45,089 nucleotides of DNA from positions 1 to 45,089 of IMG/VR virus record IMGVR_UViG_3300020381_000857; one strand, given 5' to 3'. The notes under the pieces are model-generated. The model made no database searches. It saw only the letters and a list, made by a program, of their open reading frames with translations, and had not been told where the DNA came from. Positions 17,300 to 26,827 of the stretch are shown here, piece by piece. Source of the stretch: a virus. Its lineage: Duplodnaviria; Caudoviricetes. Within the stretch, counting starts at the first letter, position 1. Each line of letters begins with the position of its first letter. The position numbers and the translations under genes were made by a program.

Positions 17300-19593
17300 C
17301 AAACGGAACAAAAGTTCTAAAGAGAGATGGACAAACAGAGGTTTTGGACTTGGATAAAGTCCATAAGATGACTGAAGAGGCATGTGAAGGTCTTGCAGGT
17401 GTTTCTGCTAGTCAAGTTGAGATTCAATCAGGAATCCAATTCTATGATGGAATTACAACTGCGGAGATTCAAGAGATTCTTGTAAGGTCTGCATCAGATT
17501 TAATTGATTTAGATGCTCCAAACTATCAGTATGTTGCTGCTAGACTGTTATTGTTTGGTTTATATAAGCAAGTATTTGGTGAATGGAAGGATGGATTTCC
17601 ATCTGTCAGAGATCATTTAGTGAGTGGATCAGACAAAAAGATATATGATCTCGAACTTGAATCTAAATATTCAGAGGAGGAATGGAATAAAATTAACTCT
17701 TGGATTGAACATAGTCGTGATTTAATGTTTACCTATGCAGGTTTACGTCAGGTTGTTGACAAGTATTTGGTTCAAGACAGAAGCACAGGGGAGGTATATG
17801 AGTCCCCTCAGTTCATGTATATGCTAATCTCTGCTACAATTTTTGCAGAATATCCTAAAGAAACGAGACTCGATTATGTTAAAAGGTACTACGAAGCAAT
17901 CAGCAGACACAAAATCAACATTCCCACACCTATCATGGGAGGGGTTAGAACTCCAATTAGACAATTTGCTAGCTGTGTTCTTGTTGATATTGATGACACC
18001 CTCGATAGCATCTTTAGTTCTGATATGGCTATCGGCAAATATGTTGCACAAAGGGCGGGTATCGGTATCAACGCAGGCCGCATCCGTGGCATCAACAGTA
18101 AAATCAGGGGTGGCGAAGTACAGCACACAGGTGTTGTACCGTTCCTCAAGAAGTTTGAGGCAACTGTCAGATGTTGCACTCAAAATGGCATACGAGGGGG
18201 ATCAGCGACTGTCCACTTCCCGATCTGGCACCAAGAAATCCAAGACATAATTGTACTCAAGAATAATAAAGGAACCGAAGATAATCGTGTAAGAAAACTA
18301 GACTATAGTATTCAAATAAGTAAATTATTTTATGAAAGGTTTATTGAAAGCAAGGAGATCTCGCTTTTTTCTCCTCATGACGTTTCAGGGTTATATGATA
18401 GTTTCGGTACTGAATCTTTTGATGAACTATACTTGAAGTATGAAGCAGATAAATCTATTCCTAGAACTACAATTAGTGCTCAAGAACTCATTCTTGCTCT
18501 CTTAAAAGAAAGAGCAGAGACAGGTCGTTTGTATATTATGAATATTGACCACTGTAATAGTCACTCATCATTCTTAGATAAGGTTGAGATGAGTAATCTA
18601 TGTCAGGAAATTACATTACCAACAAAACCAATTAATCATATTGATGATGAAAATGGAGAGATTGCTCTTTGTATTCTATCTGCAATCAATGTAGGTAAAG
18701 TTAAATCTGATAATGAACTTGAGAATCTTTGTGACTTATCTGTTCGTGCTTTGGATGAATTAATTGATTATCAACACTATCCAGTTAAGGCAGCAGAGAT
18801 TGCCACAAGAGCACGAAGATCTCTTGGAGTAGGGTTTATTGGACTTGCACATTATCTTGCTAAGTTAGGGTTTAATTACGACTCTCAAGAGGCATGGGAT
18901 GCTGTTCATGGTCTTTCTGAGTCCTTCCAATACTACCTTTTAAAGTCATCAAATGAACTTGCAAAGGAGAAAGGTGCGTGTGAATACTTTAATCGAACAA
19001 AGTACTCAAATGGAGTTCTTCCAATTGATACATATAAGAAGGATGTGGATGAAATCACTAAACTTAAGTACGAACATGATTGGGAATCTCTTAGGACATC
19101 TATCATGGCCCACGGTATACGGAACTCAACACTGTCGGCACAAATGCCTTCGGAGAGCAGTTCCGTTGTGTCAAATGCAACAAATGGAATCGAACCTCCT
19201 AGAGGATACTTGTCCATTAAAAAGTCAAAGAAGGGGCCCCTTAAGCAGATTGTACCAGGTTACCAATATTTGAAAAACAACTACACACTATTATGGGATA
19301 TGCCTAGTAATAAAGGATATATCAATGTAGTTGCTGTTATGCAAAAGTTCTTTGATCAGGCAATCAGTGGAAACTGGAGTTATAATCCAGAAAATTATCC
19401 AAACAATGAAGTCCCTGTATCACAAATGGCACAAGACTGGTTGACAACATTTAAATATGGTTGGAAAACATCTTACTACCAGAATACATATGATTTCAAA
19501 ACTGATGAGGTAGAAGAGGATAGTGATAAATTGCAAAACTTATTAACAGATATTTTAACCCAAGAGGAAGATTGTGAAAGCTGCAAAATTTAA
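17296..19593 (+). CDS. nrdA: Class Ia ribonucleotide reductase alpha subunit
   Basis: N-terminal ATP cone, FASC, SNLCQEI, MPSESSS, KTSYY, C-terminal CESC. Confidence 0.98.
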   Translation: MTNGTKVLKRDGQTEVLDLDKVHKMTEEACEGLAGVSASQVEIQSGIQFYDGITTAEIQEILVRSASDLIDLDAPNYQYVAARLLLFGLYKQVFGEWKDGFPSVRDHLVSGSDKKIYDLELESKYSEEEWNKINSWIEHSRDLMFTYAGLRQVVDKYLVQDRSTGEVYESPQFMYMLISATIFAEYPKETRLDYVKRYYEAISRHKINIPTPIMGGVRTPIRQFASCVLVDIDDTLDSIFSSDMAIGKYVAQRAGIGINAGRIRGINSKIRGGEVQHTGVVPFLKKFEATVRCCTQNGIRGGSATVHFPIWHQEIQDIIVLKNNKGTEDNRVRKLDYSIQISKLFYERFIESKEISLFSPHDVSGLYDSFGTESFDELYLKYEADKSIPRTTISAQELILALLKERAETGRLYIMNIDHCNSHSSFLDKVEMSNLCQEITLPTKPINHIDDENGEIALCILSAINVGKVKSDNELENLCDLSVRALDELIDYQHYPVKAAEIATRARRSLGVGFIGLAHYLAKLGFNYDSQEAWDAVHGLSESFQYYLLKSSNELAKEKGACEYFNRTKYSNGVLPIDTYKKDVDEITKLKYEHDWESLRTSIMAHGIRNSTLSAQMPSESSSVVSNATNGIEPPRGYLSIKKSKKGPLKQIVPGYQYLKNNYTLLWDMPSNKGYINVVAVMQKFFDQAISGNWSYNPENYPNNEVPVSQMAQDWLTTFKYGWKTSYYQNTYDFKTDEVEEDSDKLQNLLTDILTQEEDCESCKI

Positions 19594-20758
19594 TTTTAAA
19601 ACAACAGAGAAAAAAATGGAAGGTATGACCGTTTTCAACTCTAACAAAGTTGACACTAAGACACAACCCATGTTTTTTGGTGCACCCCTTGGTGTACAAA
19701 GATATGACTCATATAAGTATCCTACATTTGATAGGTTAACTCAGCAGCAGTTGGGATACTTCTGGAGACCAGAAGAGGTGTCATTACAGAAAGATCGTGC
19801 AGACTATGCAAATCTAAGACCAGAGCAGAAGCACATCTTTACTTCCAATCTAAAGTATCAGATTCTTTTAGATTCTGTTCAAGGTCGTGGGCCAGGTATG
19901 GCATTTATACCTTACTGTTCTCTTCCAGAACTTGAAGCATGTATGGAAGTATGGGGATTTATGGAGATGATTCATAGTCGTTCTTACACATACATTATTA
20001 AGAATGTATACTCAGATCCTTCTGAGGTCTTTGATACTATACTGGATAATGAAAGAATAATAGAGAGAGCAACGAGTGTTACAGAAGCATATAATGCCTT
20101 TATAAATGCAGCACATCAATATGATACAAGTAACTGGTGGAAACCTGACTGGCAATCTTCAAGTTATAATGCTCAGTATGAAAAGAAAGAATTGAAAAGA
20201 AAACTTTATAGGGCTATTGCTAATGTCAACATCTTGGAGGGTATTCGTTTTTATGTATCTTTTGCTTGCTCTTTTGCTTTCGGTGAACTCAAGCTCATGG
20301 AAGGATCCGCAAAGATCATATCCCTCATTGCGAGAGATGAGAACCAACACCTCGTCCTTACCCAAAACATTTTAAATAACTGGAGAAAAGGTGATGATCC
20401 AGATATGCTAGACATCATTAAGGAAGAAGAGGATAATCTTTATGAGATGTTCCGTAAGTGTGTAGATGAAGAGAAAGCATGGGCAGAGTATCTATTCAAA
20501 GATGGTAGTATGATTGGTCTAAATGATAAGTTACTACATCAGTATGTTGAATGGATTGCAAATCGTAGAATGAAGTCAATTGGATTGACACCAGTATATG
20601 ATATACCTGCAAGAAACAACCCACTACCTTGGACACAGCATTGGATCTCATCAAAAGGATTACAAGTTGCACCACAGGAGACAGAGGTTGAGTCATATAT
20701 TGTTGGTGGTATCAAGCAAGATGTCAAGAAAGATACATTCTCAGGATTTAAACTTTGA
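19574..20758 (+). CDS. nrdB: Class Ia ribonucleotide reductase beta subunit
   Basis: FWRPEE, EMIHSRSY, LEGIRFYVSF, RDENQH, APQETEVESY. Confidence 0.98.
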   Translation: MKAAKFNFKTTEKKMEGMTVFNSNKVDTKTQPMFFGAPLGVQRYDSYKYPTFDRLTQQQLGYFWRPEEVSLQKDRADYANLRPEQKHIFTSNLKYQILLDSVQGRGPGMAFIPYCSLPELEACMEVWGFMEMIHSRSYTYIIKNVYSDPSEVFDTILDNERIIERATSVTEAYNAFINAAHQYDTSNWWKPDWQSSSYNAQYEKKELKRKLYRAIANVNILEGIRFYVSFACSFAFGELKLMEGSAKIISLIARDENQHLVLTQNILNNWRKGDDPDMLDIIKEEEDNLYEMFRKCVDEEKAWAEYLFKDGSMIGLNDKLLHQYVEWIANRRMKSIGLTPVYDIPARNNPLPWTQHWISSKGLQVAPQETEVESYIVGGIKQDVKKDTFSGFKL

Positions 20759-20901
20759 AGTTTCCTTATTCTAAATCATATTGTTCAGTTATTGATGGTA
20801 AAGTATCAAGATGGTGGCCTATGATTGATTTAAGCACTTTGGATGACAAGATAAATAATCTCAAGGTGAGAGGTTATTGGGATGAAAGCACAGTCTGCTA
20901 A
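20755..20901 (+). CDS. Possible small protein (48 aa, TTG start, not in ORF track)
   Basis: Open frame fills the gap after nrdB; contains CSVIDGKVSRWWP. Confidence 0.35.
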   Translation: MKFPYSKSYCSVIDGKVSRWWPMIDLSTLDDKINNLKVRGYWDESTVC

Positions 20902-21232
20902 AGCAAAGGGCAGAAGATTACAGCAATGGGTTCGTGATCAACTGATAGAACAATTAGAAGTACATCCAGAAGATATAGAGTCTCGTAGTATGGGAGCAGG
21001 TGGTGAAGATCTGATTATGGCCCGTGCTGCTAGACAAAAGTTTCCTTATAGTATAGAATGTAAGAACGTAGAGAAACTGAATATCTGGGAAGCATATTCT
21101 CAAGCAACTGCAAACTCAGGTAATTATGAACCGATATGTGTAATCAAAAAGAACAACGTGAAACCACTTGTTGTTCTTGATGCTGAATATTTTATTGATC
21201 TTTGTTCTAAATTAGAAAATGGAAACACTTAA
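20882..21232 (+). CDS. PD-(D/E)xK nuclease, Holliday-junction-resolvase-like
   Basis: AKAKGRRLQ, GEDL, IECKN motifs; GATAAATA at 20850-20857. Confidence 0.7.
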   Translation: MKAQSAKAKGRRLQQWVRDQLIEQLEVHPEDIESRSMGAGGEDLIMARAARQKFPYSIECKNVEKLNIWEAYSQATANSGNYEPICVIKKNNVKPLVVLDAEYFIDLCSKLENGNT

Positions 21233-21881
21233 TGGTAATGCATACTCTGATCCATTTCCTCATTTAATATTAGAAAACTTTTATAATGAAGAGGAGTTAG
21301 AGTTAGTTTGGGAAGAACTTAAATTTTATACTAAACCAGGAAAACTTCTTGAACCAAAAGATTTTGGAGGAGTTGTAGATAAAACAAATTCACATGCGAT
21401 TGCTTTAGATGCTGTTTATATAAATGATAGGAAAAATAAAGTAGATTACAGAAAACTATCTAATATCTTAACTGTAAATAGAAAATTATTTTTACCAGAG
21501 ATATTAGAACCTTTTGCTAAAATACATGATTGTTGTTCGATTGCACCAATGGCAACCTACGATGTCACAAAGATAAGATATTATCACGATGAAGAGTATT
21601 ATGATGCACATATAGATAAAACTTTTCAGTTCTTAGCATTCTCATACTTCTACAAAGAACCTAAGAAGTTTGAAGGAGGAGAGTTATATTTCCCTGATTA
21701 TGATTATGAAGTTCCATGCACAAATAATTCAACAATAATTTTACCTGCTTGGGTAAAGCATGGTGTAAAGAAGGTAAGTATAAAAGATTCAGACTATTAT
21801 GATGGTTGCGGTAGATATTGTATTTCGAGTTTCTTTTGTTGTGCTCATCAATTGATGATGGATTATGCTGGAATTACTTAA
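21219..21881 (+). CDS. 2OG-Fe(II) oxygenase
   Basis: AHID, FEGGELYF, KHGV, GRYCIS. Confidence 0.88.
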   Translation: METLNGNAYSDPFPHLILENFYNEEELELVWEELKFYTKPGKLLEPKDFGGVVDKTNSHAIALDAVYINDRKNKVDYRKLSNILTVNRKLFLPEILEPFAKIHDCCSIAPMATYDVTKIRYYHDEEYYDAHIDKTFQFLAFSYFYKEPKKFEGGELYFPDYDYEVPCTNNSTIILPAWVKHGVKKVSIKDSDYYDGCGRYCISSFFCCAHQLMMDYAGIT

Positions 21882-22948
21882 GAAACTCCAGTATCAGTTG
21901 TACCACCAGTAATTGTTGCGTTGTTAGTTATATTTACAGTAATACCACTTGTTCTACGGATTGCTGCACCATTTCCACCACCAGTACCACCGCCACCTGT
22001 TACATTATTTTCACCTTCTATACTTCCTGTGTGAGTTCCTGACGCACCATTTCCTCCTGCAGATGCGGTTCCATTACCACCATCGTTACTATTACCACCT
22101 TCTCCACCAGTTCCATTGGAACCTCCACCACCACCGCCACCACCGTGAGCTTGGTTATTTTCTCCTCCATTCCCACCATTACCACCAGCAGTTGTAGTGC
22201 CATCTGCTCCACCATCTATACCTTCACCTGCAGGTAGTCCTTGACCGCCACCACCACCGCCACCACTAGCTGCGTATACTGGGCCTCCAAAACTTTCTTC
22301 TCTTTCTACTTTTCTATAACCACCTCCTCCACCACCACCATATCCAGCAGAAATTATTCCATTATTAATGACTGTTGTTCCAGTGAATTGAACACCTAAT
22401 CCACTACTTCCACTACCTCCGTTGTCACCAGATGCATCTCCATCACTTGTTCCAGCCTCTCCACCATCTCCACCTGCACCGTATATTGCACCAGAAGAAC
22501 TAACTTCTACAGTTAAGACTGTTCCTGAGTTCCAACCAGTTCCAGTTCTTACAGCACAATTATTGATATTACCTGTAGAAGAACCAATTGTTTTGTTAAC
22601 ATGAATTCTAGTTTTAGTTCCACCTGAGTTTGTTGGACGAGTTGCAAACCCACCAATTACAGTATGAGTCCCAGTTCCAGCACTAGCATCATACCTTGTT
22701 TTTGCTACTGTTGGTCTGTTTTCTGTTGATCCAGAATGGTAATCTATAACTACATTCAATCTTTTATCATAAAACTCACTAAATTTTATTGCTCCACTCT
22801 GTGGTATTCCAGTATCTAATGGTTGATTTGATAATCCACCTACAGTTTGACTAACTCTATATTCCCCCAAGTCTCGATCATTATTCTGACCAAACTCTGT
22901 TTCGATTTCACTAAATGATAATGGGGATCCAGATGATTTAACTGCCAT
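21878..22948 (-). CDS. Glycine-rich tail-fibre adhesin-like protein (T-even gp38-like)
   Basis: Multiple polyglycine runs (GYGGGGGGG, ASGGGGGGGQG); lies downstream of the fibre/chaperone gene. Confidence 0.65.
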   Translation of the reverse strand: MAVKSSGSPLSFSEIETEFGQNNDRDLGEYRVSQTVGGLSNQPLDTGIPQSGAIKFSEFYDKRLNVVIDYHSGSTENRPTVAKTRYDASAGTGTHTVIGGFATRPTNSGGTKTRIHVNKTIGSSTGNINNCAVRTGTGWNSGTVLTVEVSSSGAIYGAGGDGGEAGTSDGDASGDNGGSGSSGLGVQFTGTTVINNGIISAGYGGGGGGGYRKVEREESFGGPVYAASGGGGGGGQGLPAGEGIDGGADGTTTAGGNGGNGGENNQAHGGGGGGGGSNGTGGEGGNSNDGGNGTASAGGNGASGTHTGSIEGENNVTGGGGTGGGNGAAIRRTSGITVNITNNATITGGTTDTGVS

Positions 22949-23545
22949 TTATCCCTCCAAAGATTTAACTTTAGTATCTAATTCTTTAATTGCTTCGATT
23001 AATAATGGAACTAGTCGGTCATATCTTACTGCTTTTGTTCCGTTTTCTCTTGTAGTTGTAAGACCTGGTAGTCCAAGTGCTTCTATTTCTTGTGCGATTA
23101 TACCAGTTCCTTCTTCGCCATTGTAAATTGACTTTTCATTCCATGTAAAAGTGTTACCACTGATGGAAAGAACTTTATCAACTGCATTTGATATTGGAGT
23201 AATATTTTCTTTAAGAGTTGCATCAGAAGATGCAAATGCAGTTATGTCTCCAAAACATTTAAATTCTGGAGTATTACTTCCACCAACAATAAAATCTGCT
23301 ATGGTTACGTTACCATTATTAGCATTATTTTTACCAACAACCGTTATTCTACTACTATTACTAACACTAGTGCTACAGAATAATCCGAAAGCAGCATCAT
23401 TACCACCAGTGCTGACTATATCACCACATGCAGCATTATTGGAGTTGAATTCAAGATGACCAGATAGTAATAATTTATCTTGATTTGGTAATTCTTGAAT
23501 CTGACTCACAGTCGGGTTTACAATTAATGGAATTCTATCAGCCAT
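22949..23545 (-). CDS. Short tail-fibre protein with a C-terminal intramolecular chaperone (peptidase S74)
   Basis: SDATLKENI, GIIAQEIE, VRYDRLVPLLIEAIKEL. Confidence 0.85.
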   Translation of the reverse strand: MADRIPLIVNPTVSQIQELPNQDKLLLSGHLEFNSNNAACGDIVSTGGNDAAFGLFCSTSVSNSSRITVVGKNNANNGNVTIADFIVGGSNTPEFKCFGDITAFASSDATLKENITPISNAVDKVLSISGNTFTWNEKSIYNGEEGTGIIAQEIEALGLPGLTTTRENGTKAVRYDRLVPLLIEAIKELDTKVKSLEG

Positions 23546-23566
23546 TTTATCAATATACTTTTTTTC

Positions 23567-23584
23567 TATTTATCATACTAAATA
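23567..23584. promoter_or_regulatory. Back-to-back late promoters
   Basis: GATAAATA on the minus strand (23567-23574) and CTAAATA on the plus strand (23578-23584) in the divergent intergenic gap. Confidence 0.6.
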
Positions 23585-23612
23585 GAGTATATGAAGTGAA
23601 TAGGACTTAGAA

Positions 23613-23864
23613 ATGATAGTCGTTAGGTGTAAAAACTGTAATAGAGAGTTGTCGAGCCAATCAGGAAAGACACAGTGTTGTGGTTGCTCAAACATGATGA
23701 CACTTGTAGATGATGTTATTACAGCAAAAGATTTAGGTAAAGTCATAATAGTTAGAAACTTACCGAAGAGAAAGCATAAAGATTCATTAACAAGTGAAGA
23801 TTTGGCATGGCAAGAGGCCAGAAAGCAAAGAAAAGTCAGGAAATTAGATTTTGACATTCGCTGA
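23613..23864 (+). CDS. Small zinc-ribbon-like protein
   Basis: CKNC...CCGC. Confidence 0.7.
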   Translation: MIVVRCKNCNRELSSQSGKTQCCGCSNMMTLVDDVITAKDLGKVIIVRNLPKRKHKDSLTSEDLAWQEARKQRKVRKLDFDIR

Positions 23865-23917
23865 CATTTACATATGCCAAAAGTTTGTTATAATATAGAT
23901 ATTAAAAAGCAAAGATC

Positions 23918-24304
23918 ATGATTAAACAATTAATCACTGAGTTTCCTTTAACTGATGTTCCTAGAGAAAGGACTGTTACAGAGGAGAAGATAAGAAAATA
24001 CACATATACTAAAGATGAAGTAGATGTACTAATTGATGCTGCTGTTGAAAAGGCTGTCGCAGAGGCAGTAAAGATTGATGAGGCATCAATGGCAAAGCAT
24101 AATCGTGATGCCACTGTCCTCAGTATGATTCTTGGATTCACTACACTTGCATTGTTTGTTGACGGATTGTTAAGAATGTTAGGTATTGTTCCACCATTTA
24201 TGGATTTAGATGTTAATATATTAGAGAGAATAGTTGAAAGAGTTGAGAGTGATGTCATAGATAAAGTCAGACAAGTTCCAATCCAAAAATTATTCCAGAG
24301 ATAA
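23918..24304 (+). CDS. Hypothetical membrane protein
   Basis: One hydrophobic segment; TTTACA-16 nt-TATAAT at 23867-23894. Confidence 0.7.
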   Translation: MIKQLITEFPLTDVPRERTVTEEKIRKYTYTKDEVDVLIDAAVEKAVAEAVKIDEASMAKHNRDATVLSMILGFTTLALFVDGLLRMLGIVPPFMDLDVNILERIVERVESDVIDKVRQVPIQKLFQR

Positions 24305-24355
24305 TTAAGAGGGCATTAAACGACTAAATATTACGATATGTATAGTTTTATTAAA

Positions 24356-24445
24356 ATGAGATCACCAAATAATACGATGGACTTTTTATTGATTTCCAGT
24401 ATGGTTCTAGTAATGGTAGTATTTGCTAAATACGTGGGAATATAA
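24356..24445 (+). CDS. Possible small single-TM protein (29 aa, not in ORF track)
   Basis: MRSPNNTMDFLLISSMVLVMVVFAKYVGI; TAATG coupling to the next ORF. Confidence 0.45.
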   Translation: MRSPNNTMDFLLISSMVLVMVVFAKYVGI

Positions 24446-24747
24446 TGAGTGATTTAATGGTGTTCATATATTTTATTTGCTTTGCAGCAGTAGCAGGCTC
24501 AGCATTCGCCCTTATGTGGAAAAATATTTACGATATAAACCAACCAAGGAAGATGAAACCACTTCATCCAGAATTATCTGAAACTAAAGATGGTGATGAA
24601 TTAATGACTATTAACTTTATCCCAGAAGTTGATTTACAATTTACACCCGATGAGCAATTCAATGATCTTTTTCTCAAAAAATCTCTTGAAAAAAGAATGG
24701 AAGAACTTGAAGATGATGGTGAGAATACTTCTACAGTAATAAAATGA
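24445..24747 (+). CDS. DUF2973-like cyanobacterial membrane protein
   Basis: N-terminal TM helix followed by an HPEL motif. Confidence 0.65.
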   Translation: MSDLMVFIYFICFAAVAGSAFALMWKNIYDINQPRKMKPLHPELSETKDGDELMTINFIPEVDLQFTPDEQFNDLFLKKSLEKRMEELEDDGENTSTVIK

Positions 24748-24884
24748 ACAAAGAACCAAAATTCAAACCAACTTTCGAAGGTTGTTATAATTTTCAGAAA
24801 CTTAAGGAGGAAGGACTTATTGATAATGAATCAATAGATGATCAGATAGTCCTTATACACACTACACATGATGACGGTTGTTAA
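24744..24884 (+). CDS. Small hypothetical protein (46 aa, not in ORF track)
   Basis: ATGA overlap; MNKEPKFKPTFEGCYNF...HDDGC. Confidence 0.5.
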   Translation: MNKEPKFKPTFEGCYNFQKLKEEGLIDNESIDDQIVLIHTTHDDGC

Positions 24885-24928
24885 ACTGTCACATCCACGT
24901 TGACTTTACCTTGAAGTTGACTTATAAT
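24875..24928 (+). promoter_or_regulatory. Early promoter with upstream palindromic element
   Basis: CGGTT-GTTA-AACTG, 11 nt, then TTGACT-17 nt-TATAAT. Confidence 0.75.
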
Positions 24929-24951
24929 ATGTGTGTACACGTTTCAAAGCA

Positions 24952-25167
24952 ATGACGCTTACTACTAAATTTAAAAAAGATCTTAGCACACTCCGTGCGG
25001 CCGCAGCAAAAGAAATCTTTTTGGATGTAAAGCATCCGAAATTATACAAAAAAATATGTAGATATTATCAAAATGAAGTTGAATTGATGGGAGAAGATCC
25101 AGAAGCAGATTATAATGTAATTTTAGAATGTATTCAAGAAGATCTAGAATCTAAGGAGGTAAACTAA
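24952..25167 (+). CDS. Conserved cyanophage hypothetical protein
   Basis: ATG at 24952 after the promoter; LDVKHPKLYKK motif. Confidence 0.7.
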   Translation: MTLTTKFKKDLSTLRAAAAKEIFLDVKHPKLYKKICRYYQNEVELMGEDPEADYNVILECIQEDLESKEVN

Positions 25168-25403
25168 TGAATGTTATCCTAGAAAGATACCCTTATAGAT
25201 ATGTTGAGTGCGGAACACTCGACAATGGATATCCTGACTATCGTATTCAAAAGTATAATGAATACACAGAAAGATACAGAGATATGTATCTATGTGACAA
25301 TGGAGCACAAATAGATATGGCAATGGAGGATTTTGAATATACTAAATGGTTAGATCCAGCCGATGTTCCTTGTTATGTTAATCACGCAAATGAATCAAAT
25401 TGA
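25167..25403 (+). CDS. Conserved cyanophage hypothetical protein
   Basis: AGGAGG Shine-Dalgarno; 78 aa. Confidence 0.75.
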   Translation: MNVILERYPYRYVECGTLDNGYPDYRIQKYNEYTERYRDMYLCDNGAQIDMAMEDFEYTKWLDPADVPCYVNHANESN

Positions 25404-25746
25404 ACATAAACCTTGGGGAAGTTATGAAGTTCTCCTTGACGAACCTAATTACAAGGTGAAGAGAATCGTTCTGAATCCATATGAACGGTTCTCTTTGCAG
25501 TATCATAAAGGTCGTGAGGAACATTGGGTAATCGTAGATGGTAGTGGTACAGTAGAAGTAAAAGGTAGAGAGTACCATGCTATCATGAGATCTCATTGGG
25601 TGATACTACCTAAAGAAATACATCGTGCCACAGCAGGCCCAGATGGTTTAGTCTTTATTGAAACACAAACAGGGATATGTAGGGAAGATGATATAATAAG
25701 ATTAGAGGATGATTACGGTAGGATTGACACAAAGCAATATTCTTAG
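25390..25746 (+). CDS. Type II mannose-6-phosphate isomerase-like cupin (stand-alone domain)
   Basis: KPWGSY, SLQYH..REEHW, IETQTG, EDDIIRLEDDYGR. Confidence 0.88.
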   Translation: MNQIEHKPWGSYEVLLDEPNYKVKRIVLNPYERFSLQYHKGREEHWVIVDGSGTVEVKGREYHAIMRSHWVILPKEIHRATAGPDGLVFIETQTGICREDDIIRLEDDYGRIDTKQYS

Positions 25747-25752
25747 TATAAT
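25724..25752 (+). promoter_or_regulatory. Consensus sigma70 promoter at the head of the glycan island
   Basis: Perfect TTGACA-17 nt-TATAAT. Confidence 0.85.
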
Positions 25753-25779
25753 ATATAATATCGCAAAAGAAAAATTACT

Positions 25780-26802
25780 GTGAAAAAAGTTTTAATTACA
25801 GGTGGTGCAGGTTTTATAGCACACCACTTAATTGGTCACATACTAAAGAATACTGATTGGGAAATAGTAACTCTAGATCGTCTTGACTATAGTGGCAATT
25901 TAAATCGTTTACATGATTTGATGATTCCGTTTATGCCTGAGACAAAAAGGAGAGTGAAGATTGTTCATCATGATTTAAAAGCAGAATTAAATCCTTTAGT
26001 TAGAAGTGAGATCGGAAAAGTAGATTACATATTACATCTTGCAGCTGGATCACATGTAGATCGCAGTATTGATTATCCGATGGAGTTTGTATTGGATAAT
26101 GTAGTTGGAACTTGTAATATATTAAATTTTGCTAGAACCATAGACAATCTTGAATTGTTTATGTACTTTAGTACAGACGAAATATTTGGGCCTGCTCCAA
26201 ATGGAATAAAGTACAAAGAGGACGATAGATACAATTCTACAAATCCATATAGTGCAACAAAAGCAGGTGGTGAAGAATTAGCAGTTTCTTTTGAAAATAC
26301 ATATGGACTACCAATTTATATTACTCACACAATGAATGTATTTGGTGAACGTCAACATCCAGAAAAATACATTCCTATGACAATTAAAAACGTCAGAGAT
26401 GGAGGTATGGTAACTATACACAGTGATTCAACAAAAACAATACCTGGTTCAAGACATTACATTCATGCTGAAGATGTTGCATCTGCTGTTTTATTTCTAG
26501 TTAACTATAAAGGTAAATTTGAACCAACATGGGGAGGTGCAAAATGCCCTAAGTTTAATATTGTAGGTTCTGAAGAATTAAACAATTTGCAACTAGCACA
26601 AATTATTGCTGAAGCACAAGACAAAGAATTGAAATATCAATTAGTTGATTTTCATTCAGCAAGACCTGGCCATGATTTAAGATATGCCTTGGATGGAGAG
26701 AAAATGAAAAGCATAGGATGGACACCTGCAAAGTCTGTTCGTGAAAGAATTGCCGATGTTACTAAATGGACTCTTGCCAATAGTCGTTGGATTAGACTAT
26801 AA
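25780..26802 (+). CDS. NDP-sugar 4,6-dehydratase (dTDP-glucose 4,6-dehydratase-like extended SDR)
   Basis: TGGAGFIA, AAGSHVDRS, STDEIFG, YSATK, RPGHDLRY. Confidence 0.9.
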   Translation: MKKVLITGGAGFIAHHLIGHILKNTDWEIVTLDRLDYSGNLNRLHDLMIPFMPETKRRVKIVHHDLKAELNPLVRSEIGKVDYILHLAAGSHVDRSIDYPMEFVLDNVVGTCNILNFARTIDNLELFMYFSTDEIFGPAPNGIKYKEDDRYNSTNPYSATKAGGEELAVSFENTYGLPIYITHTMNVFGERQHPEKYIPMTIKNVRDGGMVTIHSDSTKTIPGSRHYIHAEDVASAVLFLVNYKGKFEPTWGGAKCPKFNIVGSEELNNLQLAQIIAEAQDKELKYQLVDFHSARPGHDLRYALDGEKMKSIGWTPAKSVRERIADVTKWTLANSRWIRL

Positions 26803-26803
26803 T
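26774..26803 (+). promoter_or_regulatory. Sigma70-like promoter
   Basis: TTGCCA-18 nt-TATAAT followed by an AAGGAG Shine-Dalgarno. Confidence 0.6.
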
Positions 26804-26827
26804 ATATAACAAGGAGATTTAATTAAA

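Noticed and set aside
17824-18250. Three extra ORFs (135 aa on +, 119 and 96 aa on -) overlapping a locally GC-richer part of nrdA
   Set aside because: The nrdA frame is continuous with intact motifs; fewer stops are expected where GC is higher; the alternative frames show no SD, promoter or recognisable motif
628-20758. Introns, inteins or homing endonucleases in gp43, gp41, nrdA or nrdB
   Set aside because: All ORFs are uninterrupted and of normal length; no splicing, LAGLIDADG, HNH or GIY-YIG motifs seen
21949-22350. CCA/CCG triplet runs and a His-rich plus-strand ORF suggesting a repeat array
   Set aside because: Explained by polyglycine codons on the minus strand; no repeat-spacer periodicity, so not CRISPR
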